Below are positions 20,536 to 29,730 of a DNA stretch of 64,000 bases, one piece after another. The position numbers were made by a program, and so were the translations under genes. Source of the DNA: Andalucia godoyi And28 (taxonomy: Eukaryota > Protista > Jakobida); assembly GCA_009859145.1 (NCBI GenBank), contig VRVR01000004.1:170677-234676 (forward strand). The letters run 5' to 3'. The stretch's first letter is position 1, and each line of letters begins with the position of its first letter. The notes below the pieces were generated by a model that ran no database searches, had not been told where the DNA came from, and worked only from the letters and a program-made list of their open reading frames with translations.

Positions 20536-22332
20536 TCAAACTTCATAAGATGAAGAGTCTCCGAGTTTTCGAGACAGTGCCGTCGTTACAACGTCATACG
20601 CAGCATTCGCATGCCTGGTCAACGCATCGACATTTCTGGAATTCAAAGAAACAGTCGTGTCGTCGTTGAAGCACATCGTATCTGGCTCAATGGTCGTCCA
20701 CAATTTGTCCAGCAAAGCCGTCAAGGTCTTCAGTCCGAAGTTGACGGCAGTAAACAAGTTTCGCTTGCTTCTGGAAGGATCATACTGATACACATACCAA
20801 GGATCTCCCGCATGAATTCCACGCATTTCGAGAGTCTTGTTTGCGACATACGATGCCATCTGGGGACAGTGGACAAGAACTTGTCGGAACTGCAGTCCAC
20901 CAACGCTACCATCACGGCTCTGTTCCTCTTCGAAGCGGCGTCGGCAGCTTGGCTCTATAACGCTTTCATCTCCAAAATGGACGAGTTCCTGCAAAGAGGC
21001 AGCGCCATCGTGATTCTGATCCACCCGCGAGGTCATTCCCTCCAAGAACAGCTCTTCGCGGAACCGCTCCATTCGAAAATGCGTAAACATGAATTTGATG
21101 TGGATGTCCTTGAGTCCACGGAAGCGGTTCCCAGAGGATTGAAGGAACTGCTGTTGGAATTCTCGAATGCATTCGCGGGCCAAGCTTGTTTCGACGACGA
21201 CGGGCATATGGCTCACATACCCTCTTGGCCGTTTCCCGAAGCGCGCATTCAACAACGCGGTGGAGTAGTCCAGAGAGTCCCATTCCGAGACGGGCCCCGT
21301 AGGAGCTAATGGCACTTCGGGGTCCGTGTATCGCTCAGCATTGACCATGCGTTCTTCCACGAAGACCAGAGGACCGTTGGTCGGAGAAACCCACGAAAGT
21401 GGTTCCTGAGGCTTGCCAAACATCATATCATCATTCATAATGAAAACGTATTCGGCAAGATCTGGTATGTTGAATATCTGTGACTCGATCGCAAAACTGT
21501 TGAACACAGGAAGTAGAGAAGCATTCGTCCAGATCTCTGTGTGCGACTTGAGCTTGATTTGCGGATGATCAACGTTCAACCACGCTGGTTTCTGGTCATC
21601 TGTGACAATGTAAATGTTGCGAATCCACGGAGTAAACTTCTCAATGGACCGCAGTGCAAACCTTATTTCATCGTGGTTCGTATATCTTTTCTTCTCGCAA
21701 ACATCGAAGTTGCGGGCAATCGGACTCCCGCGGCTCTTGTTGGCTGACAGAGAAGCTGACGCGGGAACGTATTTCATCCGCTTCGAAGCAAGAGGCGGAT
21801 CGTTGCCGTCGACCCACGTAAACACAGCATCAATCTGGAAACTCTGGCCATCGGGTGCATCATGTTGTTGTCTTTCTCGAACACGTTGAATGTCCAATGT
21901 GTACAAGTCGACATATGGAGTAGTGCAGTTTGACTTGACCGGATCATCAGCATTCTTCTTCTTCCCATGTGAGACGGGATTCAAGGACGATGCATCTCTC
22001 TGGTTGACAGGAAGAACTGGTTTTTTTGGAGTCTTCTTCGCGGGGCGCTTCTCCTTGAATTCGTCGGAGCCATTGGAATCCATGTCGTTCCTAGGCGTCG
22101 AAGAATCAAGTTTCAGTGCAAGTCGCTCCGCAGACTGCGACTGCGACTGCGAATGAAGGTCCGACTGACTCGATCCGGAATTAAGAAAATAACAAGCAAA
22201 AAACAGATGAAGAAGAAGAACCAGAAAAAACGCCGCAGCACCTTTCCTGTTGTGCAAATATGATGTCATGGAGTTTGACGCATAGAGAGTGCGGTGTGGC
22301 GGCCGAAATCTTGCAGACAGCCTGGAAAACAT
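20536..22332 (-). CDS. Stealth-family type II membrane protein, paralog 2
   Basis: TM AAFFLVLLLHLFFACYFL; IDAVFTWVDGND; DEIRFALRSIEKFTPWIRNIYIVTD; FNSFAIE; NDDMMFG; EF-hand-like DQNHDGAASLQE; CFNDD. Confidence 0.9.
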   Translation of the reverse strand: MFSRLSARFRPPHRTLYASNSMTSYLHNRKGAAAFFLVLLLHLFFACYFLNSGSSQSDLHSQSQSQSAERLALKLDSSTPRNDMDSNGSDEFKEKRPAKKTPKKPVLPVNQRDASSLNPVSHGKKKNADDPVKSNCTTPYVDLYTLDIQRVRERQQHDAPDGQSFQIDAVFTWVDGNDPPLASKRMKYVPASASLSANKSRGSPIARNFDVCEKKRYTNHDEIRFALRSIEKFTPWIRNIYIVTDDQKPAWLNVDHPQIKLKSHTEIWTNASLLPVFNSFAIESQIFNIPDLAEYVFIMNDDMMFGKPQEPLSWVSPTNGPLVFVEERMVNAERYTDPEVPLAPTGPVSEWDSLDYSTALLNARFGKRPRGYVSHMPVVVETSLARECIREFQQQFLQSSGNRFRGLKDIHIKFMFTHFRMERFREELFLEGMTSRVDQNHDGAASLQELVHFGDESVIEPSCRRRFEEEQSRDGSVGGLQFRQVLVHCPQMASYVANKTLEMRGIHAGDPWYVYQYDPSRSKRNLFTAVNFGLKTLTALLDKLWTTIEPDTMCFNDDTTVSLNSRNVDALTRHANAAYDVVTTALSRKLGDSSSYEV

Positions 22333-22604
22333 GATACGCTCCTTTCGTCCCTTTCTGCTTGCTTCTTCTTCTTCTTCTTCTTCTTCTTTTTTTTTCTTCC
22401 TAGTGTTGCTATTCAACAACAATTACAACACGCACACGCACACGCACACACTTAGCAACTCCGTCACACGATGCCCCGATTCGTTTCGCCTCATTTTGAT
22501 CATGCAATCCCTATAAAATACGCCGCCGCGTTGCATTCTCGCACAGCGACGCTCATTTCTTATTTTTATTTTTATTTTTATTTTTATTGTCCATGCAAGG
22601 CACC

Positions 22605-22800
22605 ATGTCCGTCACGTCCGCAACGCTGCGCAAGACCTGTGACATCTCCACCGCCGCCGGAACGATCCGTAGCATCCACGCCGGCTTCCATCGCATGCAC
22701 TGCCTCGCAGACGTCGAACGCGCCATCGCCACCTGCTTTGTTGCCCGCCACAGCGGACAGCGCAGCGCCGAAAACAGACGCAAAAGAGCCCGCGGCGAGA
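22605..22800 (+). pseudogene. tnpA: IS607 TnpA serine recombinase remnant (N-terminal HTH fused to C-terminal helix; catalytic domain absent)
   Basis: MSVTSATLRKTCDIS..AAGTIRSIHAGFHRMHCLADVERAI resembles the MerR-like HTH; IATCFVARHSGQRSAENRRKR resembles the IS607 TnpA C-terminal FxAR.xG.RS helix; no YARVS motif. Confidence 0.6.
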
Positions 22801-23360
22801 GCAGCGAAAGTGAAGATGTCCCCGTCGACGAGCCAAAGATCAGCTCTGCGAAGGTGGCTCGGCGCAGCGCGCTGGATCTACAACGCAGGCCGCTTGTCAA
22901 GCGCGACGAAAACCAAGTTCCGCGACCCGTCAAGCGCGTGATTGCGCTGGATCCGGGCGTGCGCACGTTTGCAGCTGGATATGACCCTTCGGGCCGCATG
23001 ATCGAGGTCGGCGCAAAGGATGCTTCGTGCATTTATCGGCTGTGTATGTCTGCCGACAAACTGTCGTCGAAGATCGCCGAGGCGACAACTGCGCGGCAGC
23101 GGCTGCTCTGCAAATCGCGCGAATTCGCGTGGCGGCAGGTGTCGATTGTGACTTGTGACGGAGGAGTGCACGTTTAAAACATGCGGCCGTTGCGGGGGGA
23201 ACTCCATCGCAGGTTGTGTGGAAACAAGGTGCTTTGTTGCCAATCGTGTAAATGCACGCTCGACCGCGACTGGAACGGCGCGCGCAGCATCTACATCTAT
23301 CTTAAGAACGTCTCTCATGCCGAGGGGCGTGTTGGGGCCTACCCCCTTCCCAATCAATGA
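22783..23360 (+). pseudogene. tnpB: Fanzor2 (IS607 TnpB-derived RNA-guided nuclease) pseudogene with deletions and frameshifts
   Basis: KMSPSTSQRSALRRWLGAARWIYN (HTH); VIALDPGVRTF (RuvC-I, D at 22950); VTEECTFKTCGRCG (Glu + Zn finger); CQSC; LDRDWNGARSIY (RuvC-III); stop TGA 23358-23360. Confidence 0.88.
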
Positions 23361-23437
23361 TATGCATGTTGTTGGGTTGCAACATTGATTATGGGTGATC
23401 AGCGATGAGTATCCGTGGTGAGTGTACAATTCAGGCG
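23322..23437 (+). ncRNA. Putative omega-RNA scaffold at Fanzor2 3' end
   Basis: Complementary segments aatcaatg (23352-23359)/cattgatt (23383-23390), atgttg/caacat and gagggg/cccctt; position typical of TnpB/Fanzor omega-RNA; inferred, not shown to be expressed. Confidence 0.5.
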
Positions 23438-23824
23438 GTGATGGCATCGAAATTGGCTCCACTCGTGGACTTCCATGGAAACGCCCAAGCGCGATCGGGC
23501 AACTGAACTCTGGAAACTCCCGCACTCTGCATCCCAACAACAACCCATGGCAGCAACCACTGCCTTTTTTTCGATGACTGCCTGCCGTACAGATGCACGC
23601 CATCCGTTCCCATATTCCCAAGTGTACGAACTCGACCATGTTTTTCGATCGTTGATCTTTTCTGTCGCAGAAGTGTTCTCAATTGACGTCGTTGGGTTTT
23701 TTTTTTTCAATTTCACAATTATCATTTTTTCCTCTTTATATATATATATATATATCACCTTCTCCCCCCCTCTTTCTTCTTTTTTTGTTTTGTTTTGGAA
23801 TTGCTGTACCTTGTCCGAAAGACG

Positions 23825-26521
23825 ATGTCCGTGTTTGAGGCTGCTCCGCAGCACGGGGCGGTTTCGTCTCCTTTTGGGTCGTCCGTGAAGACGATTATTT
23901 CGGTTGCGATTGCAGATGGAACTCGAAAGAAGATTGCGACGATGACGGATGTTCTGGTGCGTGATCTGATTCCAATTCTCAACGAAAAGTTCGAAGTTCC
24001 AAATAATAATTTCATGTTTTTGTGCGACAGAATTTCAGATCCGTCGGGATCGATTGTCGACAAATGGCTTGATCCGAATAAGACGCTGAATGACCAAGAC
24101 GTCGGGAAATCCTCGGAGCTGTTCTACTTGTACAAATTGGTGAAGCTTCCAGCAGACACATCAAATGAACGGCTCTTGGAATTGCTGTTTTTTCAGGTGC
24201 TGCAGTGTGTGGTGAGTGGAAAATACTCATGTTCAGAACGTTTGGCGGTCCGTCTTGCTGCGTTGCAAATTCAGATTTCTCTGGGTGACTATGACCCGCT
24301 TGTGCATCGACCAGGGTATCTTTCAAGAATCGATGTTGCTACCTTTTTGCCCTTCACAGTAACTGCTCATTCTTCAGAGTACTGGCAAAAAAGGCTGTTT
24401 CGGCAGCACCAGGTCCTGAAGGGAATGAACAAGCATGCCGCGCGCAAATTGTATATTCAACTGGCCAGATCATACATTCCAAACTTTGGACTGTCGTTTT
24501 TTTCTGTCGTGGACGACTCGGCAATGCGCGTTCTCGTCGGCATTGGAGAAGATGGCGTCTTTTTCTATGATCCTCACGAGTTCTCTGTGCTGCAGTCGTT
24601 GCAGTATAACACGATTTCAAAGATTGCAGAGACTTCTACCGGATTTACCATGCAAAATCAGGTTGTGAAGCTTGATGTGTTTTCTGGAATTATCAGCGGA
24701 TCATCTTCGGACTCTGCCAGTGTTTCGGACGCCATGAGTGTAGAGTCGTTGAATTTGAATGATTCTCAAGCGCCGAGGGAAGTGTGGTTTGCGGATGAAC
24801 AAACACAAGCGGTGATTGCGGAGGGAGAAAGGAATCATGTTTTTGAGTGCTCCAAGCTTGTTTCCGGCGCCATTGTGGATCTGGCTCAGGCTTACATGGA
24901 TTCACTGAGCAGCGACTTGTACATTGAGCCTATTGCGCGGTTCCCGACGATTCCTGGCGAATTCGAGTCCAGGCTAGAGTTCTTCAAGTACATTTATTGC
25001 GAACTATGCACACTCAATGGTGTTGCTTTCTCAGAGCTGTTTTGCGAGCGTCTTGATAACACAATCGACGACGATGCGATTCTGGAAGCACTGGATCTGT
25101 CCGGATGCTCTGTCGGTTCGCAGATGCTCAATATTATCGGTGAAGCTACTGTGCAGGCTGCCAACTACAAGTCTACTCATGGAATGTTTGACGAGAATGT
25201 GAATATTGTTGTCCTTGATCTGTCTGCGAACTACCTCGACGAGTTTGCGGTGCAAGGACTTATGACGCTGATCGATGCGCTTCCGGACGTGGTTTCGCTG
25301 AATTTGTCACATAATCTCTTGGATAATCGGGTGTGCATGTCGCTGGCTGAGATTCTTGGGAAGTGTCAGTGTATTGGTGTGTTGAATCTGGGGCATAACG
25401 ACCTTGGAAACAAGGGAACAAAGGCTATTCTGCAGGCTGTCCAATCTGCTTCCTTGCTAACGACCCTGGATGTCTCCGCCAATCGGCTGTCTGATCAAGG
25501 CGCTGATGCGATTGCACAGTTTATCAAGGACAGACCATCGCTGACCGATCTGAACGTTTCAAAGAATGAAATCACATCCAGCGGGATGCAGACCCTGTGT
25601 CTAGCGATTTCAGCTTCGAAGAGCATTCGATTGTTGAATCTCAGCACGAACCCGTTCAATGCAGCTTCGGTGTCTGGCCTTGCGTCCATGTTTCGCTCAG
25701 GATCTTTGATAGATGTGTCACTTTGCCAATGCAAAATGACAGCCACGGTAGCTGCTGCCATCTCTCAGACGATGATTGCGTCCTCGTCTCGCATTACCAC
25801 TTTGGATTTGTCTGACAACGTAGTCGGTGCGAAGTATACCAACGAGGAGGCTCATCAGATTGGAGAACTCATTTCGTCGGATATTTATGATCGTTTGGTG
25901 GAGATCAGGCTTGACAGGAATGGCATCGACTCTGCGTTCTCTCACATCCTCGCCGAGCATCTGCCTTCTAACATTCACTTGCAGGTTGCCAGTTTGTCGG
26001 GAAATCCACTGGCAACGAAGGACAGCGCATTCGGACTGGATGCGTTGTTTGCAGCAAATCTGTTTAAGATGAAGGGAATGCTGCGGTTGGATCTCTCAAA
26101 CACTGGTCTTCGCGGAGAGGGCTTGCAGAATCTCTTTTCTGTCCTCAAAGCGTCAAAGAATACGTCATTGGTGGAGCTTTCTGTCGAAGGATGCGATCTG
26201 TCGAAAGGAGAAGGGCTATGGCAATATCTTGCAGATCCTCATTCCCATGTTCGTCATTTGAATATTTCGAAGTGCAAAGTTTCTGATTCCATCCTGCTTG
26301 AAATTGCCGGAGGATTGAGAATGAATGCCCGTGTGCAGCGACTCGATATGCGTGGCAACCAAATCACAACAGGTGGCATCGAGCAGGCAATGGACCTTCT
26401 TCGATCAAACCGCCAATTGAGTATCCTCGATTTGCGGGAGAACCCGACTGAGAAGAATGCGACGGCGGTCCGCGACATGGTTCTGCACTCCTTGCCAAAT
26501 GCCAAGGTCGTACTTGTCTAA
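23825..26521 (+). CDS. FERM domain + RNI-like leucine-rich repeat protein
   Basis: LFFQVLQCVVSGKYSCSERLAVRLAALQIQISLGDYDP (FERM central), FGLSFF; many LxxLDLSxN repeats. Confidence 0.85.
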   Translation: MSVFEAAPQHGAVSSPFGSSVKTIISVAIADGTRKKIATMTDVLVRDLIPILNEKFEVPNNNFMFLCDRISDPSGSIVDKWLDPNKTLNDQDVGKSSELFYLYKLVKLPADTSNERLLELLFFQVLQCVVSGKYSCSERLAVRLAALQIQISLGDYDPLVHRPGYLSRIDVATFLPFTVTAHSSEYWQKRLFRQHQVLKGMNKHAARKLYIQLARSYIPNFGLSFFSVVDDSAMRVLVGIGEDGVFFYDPHEFSVLQSLQYNTISKIAETSTGFTMQNQVVKLDVFSGIISGSSSDSASVSDAMSVESLNLNDSQAPREVWFADEQTQAVIAEGERNHVFECSKLVSGAIVDLAQAYMDSLSSDLYIEPIARFPTIPGEFESRLEFFKYIYCELCTLNGVAFSELFCERLDNTIDDDAILEALDLSGCSVGSQMLNIIGEATVQAANYKSTHGMFDENVNIVVLDLSANYLDEFAVQGLMTLIDALPDVVSLNLSHNLLDNRVCMSLAEILGKCQCIGVLNLGHNDLGNKGTKAILQAVQSASLLTTLDVSANRLSDQGADAIAQFIKDRPSLTDLNVSKNEITSSGMQTLCLAISASKSIRLLNLSTNPFNAASVSGLASMFRSGSLIDVSLCQCKMTATVAAAISQTMIASSSRITTLDLSDNVVGAKYTNEEAHQIGELISSDIYDRLVEIRLDRNGIDSAFSHILAEHLPSNIHLQVASLSGNPLATKDSAFGLDALFAANLFKMKGMLRLDLSNTGLRGEGLQNLFSVLKASKNTSLVELSVEGCDLSKGEGLWQYLADPHSHVRHLNISKCKVSDSILLEIAGGLRMNARVQRLDMRGNQITTGGIEQAMDLLRSNRQLSILDLRENPTEKNATAVRDMVLHSLPNAKVVLV

Positions 26522-27658
26522 AAATACACGTCTTCTTTCAGCTGCTGTCTCATGATGGACTGTGCAAACATCAGCATGTGATAGTAAGGATGGTCGTATC
26601 GCATGTCCAACCACTGGTTCACAGCAACTGTCATTCCTTCTTGAGCAACTTTGTGGTACCACATCGCCGGCAAGTACAATGTTTCTCCTGCTTGAATCTT
26701 GCATTCTAGCACTGTCGCCCCTTCAAATCGGGGGTACGTTTCGAGATCTGGGTTGGATGGATCGACTGGGATCCAAGGCTGGATTCTCGGTGTCCGGTTA
26801 CCGTCGATGTCTTCGTCCATCACCCGGTCCATGCTCCACTCTCCGCTTTTGCGGTCCATGGAGTAGCGATAGACTGGATGCGGCTTCTTGTACAAATGAA
26901 TCTTTGACAATCGCAAGTGAAATTGTTTCCTCGGAAAGGGGGGGATCAGTTACTGAATTCAATGAAGGGGAAGGCCCGACTTTCGCGGCACAGGAGAAGT
27001 GCTGGAAGGAGAAGGAAAACCAAAATGATTGCATTAATTAAATTAAAAAAGGACATACCATGGACGTGGGAGGCAGCAGAGTAAACACCTTTGTGCCGCG
27101 AATAACAGTGTACAGGTTTTCATAAAAGTCATTGTGGCAAGAAGATACATTGGATGCATCTCCAACCCAAAAGTTGACAGCATCCGGCACGCACCCGAAC
27201 ACGCGTTCGGTCCATTCATCATGGCAGTCCAAGTCAATATCATCCATCAGTTGCGGCGCCTGCTTTCTCAGATTGTCATTCTGAAAAGAAAGGTACAAGT
27301 GGCCGCAGGTACCCGCAGACGATTCTGAAAGAAACGTTGCGAAATCAGTCTCGCGTTCCTCAGGCATGACGAACTTGCCAGCATGAACGGCATCCCCCAG
27401 GCCATCCGGCGTAGCGTTCACGGTCAGCGTGGTGCTTCCCAGCAACGTTGCAAGATATTCCAAGTTCCACTTGCGAATTGCATTCCAGTTCGATGCATAA
27501 TCCGTGATGATGCACGGTCGATTCGCACATACATAGTCGCGAAGAAACACTTCCGGAGACGGTAGTGGAATCCGAGGGACTTCAGATGGCACACACAGAT
27601 CCAGCATACCACTCTGCAACGACTTCCAACCCGACTGCGCATCATCAGCTCCTTCCAT
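26518..27658 (-). CDS. JMJD7: JmjC hydroxylase JMJD7-like; 2 exons (27658-27059, 26901-26518)
   Basis: FLRDYVCANRPCII, VNATPDGLGDAV, YLSFQNDNL, PDAVNFWVGD..SSCHNDFYENLY, GETLYLPAMWYHKVAQ. Confidence 0.9.
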
Positions 27659-28028
27659 CTATTACGATTTCTGTCAACACGCGAAATGCACCTCCCTTGC
27701 TTTCTAAAACCCACTCCAACCAAAACAAATATGTAAGCTGCAGCGTCAAAAACAGCAGAAAGAGAGAGAGAAAAACACGAAAACATACTCGCTCTCTGTA
27801 CTCGGGCAGAAAGGCTGCGTTTTCTGGTGGTGTTTGCCGAATGCCGACTTTGCAGATCGATTTTTCTTTTATGTCCTGTTTTCTGTCTGTTCTTCTTCAC
27901 TTCAACTATTCAGTATTTCCCCCTCTGATTTGTGAGACACAAGATTATATCCACAGGCGCACAGCGGTGTGCGGAGAGTTGGAGAAGGACACTGGGTGGA
28001 TGATGTGGTTCCTCCTACATCAGCAACA

Positions 28029-29357
28029 ATGACGATGAGCAAACGCGATCCATTCGAAAAGCCGCTTCCGTTTCGAATTCTCTCGTTGCGAATTGCAGCA
28101 AAACACACCGAGTTTCTTGAACTTGTGCGGCGATGGAATGATGTTTCGAACGAGGAAGTGGAAACACATGGTCGTCAGCAGTCTAGAATAATTCGAGAAT
28201 ATCTGTACTTGGTAGATTTGCAAAAGAGAATGTTTCCCGATTGTGTTGATTCCCATCCGGATCACATAGAGACAATGAACAAGACACGTTTGCTGCGCGA
28301 TTCCGTGGAAGACTCCGTGGTGGATGTTGCCAATGATGCGGGTGCGGATACTGGTGGTGATGGTTTCGACGGTCGTCAGCGGAATAAAGCAAGAATGGCG
28401 ATGGGTCGAGATGAAGACGACGCGGTAGATGTGCTACGTGATGTTCTGCAGAGCTCGGTGTCCTCCATGGCCGAGTACGACAAGGTATGTGTGAATGCGT
28501 TTCGTGAGATCCGCGAGTCTGCAACGACCATCGTTGGTGGTAACAAACATCGCTTGGACTCTTTATTTTTGCTAGTCTCGGCACAGCACGGGATACTGTC
28601 CAAGGTGAACGCAACGCTGGTCATTCTGTACGTTTTCGGTCGGTATTCCAAGCTATCTCGACTGTTTCGTTTGGGGTTGTCCTCTTGGACTTCTGGAGTC
28701 TTCGAATGGCTTTCGTTTCCGAGTGTTTCAAAAGGACTGAAGCACGCCACAGAATGGAAGCAGCGCGTCAAGGAGCGTCTGGCGTCTGCGCGGTTGACAA
28801 TGCGGGATCTTCGTCGGGTAGATGTCTCTGAAGATGAGCTGTTGGTGTCGAAGCTCGATCGATGGCTGCGTGCTGCTGTGACATCGCTGTGGTCGTCGTC
28901 GTCGAATCTGGATCCTGTTGCGTACCTGCTGAGCTCTCGGCATAGTCGACAAGTTTTTGGTTTTGCTGGCCTTCTGCTGTGGATCATTCTGCGTCTTCGC
29001 TGGCTGAAGTCCAGGACTCGATTTAGGCCGTATGCAGTCATGTACGATCAACGTACATATGCAAACCCAGTCCGTGGAGAGAAACCAGAGCGAGTGTTTC
29101 ACTCGGAGCAAAAGTTTAATCTCCAGCATCTCATGTGGCGTCCCGAATCGTCCTCCGACTATGACCGCTATCGAACGTATGGAAAGGACAGGACTTCAAC
29201 ATATTCCTTGTATGACGCCGTTGGTTCACAGGCTCCTTTGGCCGCACAGTACATGTCGATGTACTCTCCAGTGAGATCTGCCGTTGATCCTTCCGCACGA
29301 GCACAACTCTTTGACGAGGACCTTTCTGGGTTTTCAGATCCGCGACGAATCTATTGA
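28029..29357 (+). CDS. Hypothetical protein with one or two predicted TM segments
   Basis: Long ORF; hydrophobic segments VFGFAGLLLWIILRLRW and TLVILYVFG; no family recognised. Confidence 0.65.
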   Translation: MTMSKRDPFEKPLPFRILSLRIAAKHTEFLELVRRWNDVSNEEVETHGRQQSRIIREYLYLVDLQKRMFPDCVDSHPDHIETMNKTRLLRDSVEDSVVDVANDAGADTGGDGFDGRQRNKARMAMGRDEDDAVDVLRDVLQSSVSSMAEYDKVCVNAFREIRESATTIVGGNKHRLDSLFLLVSAQHGILSKVNATLVILYVFGRYSKLSRLFRLGLSSWTSGVFEWLSFPSVSKGLKHATEWKQRVKERLASARLTMRDLRRVDVSEDELLVSKLDRWLRAAVTSLWSSSSNLDPVAYLLSSRHSRQVFGFAGLLLWIILRLRWLKSRTRFRPYAVMYDQRTYANPVRGEKPERVFHSEQKFNLQHLMWRPESSSDYDRYRTYGKDRTSTYSLYDAVGSQAPLAAQYMSMYSPVRSAVDPSARAQLFDEDLSGFSDPRRIY

Positions 29358-29730
29358 AACGTCAAACCTCAACAACACAGAAAAAAAATTCCAGCCAGCA
29401 ATTTTTTACCAATTAAAAGAAGAAAAAACCGAAAACTCTTTTTCTTCTTCGTTTTCTTTTTCTGCGAAATCAGAGCCTAAATATCATAGACATCCAACGT
29501 GGAAGCAAAAACCAGCGAGACTGAACATATAGAACACATGAAAAAGAAATGCACACATTGTGACCAACATATAAAAACAATTAAAAAAGGACAAGTAAGT
29601 AATTCCTGCTTGCAGCCATTCGTTCATCTTCCAAATGATGCACATGCGCGCAATAAGAAAACAAAAACAAAAACAAAAAAAACACGAAAGGTCTTAAAAA
29701 TAATAATCGGGACTTCTGAGAAAGTCTACT

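Larger units (their letters stand above)
22451..23437 (+). mobile_element. Degenerate eukaryotic IS607-family element (tnpA remnant + Fanzor2/tnpB remnant + putative omega-RNA end)
   Basis: Ends shared with 4750-4911; internal TnpA-like and TnpB/Fanzor motifs in several frames. Confidence 0.85.
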
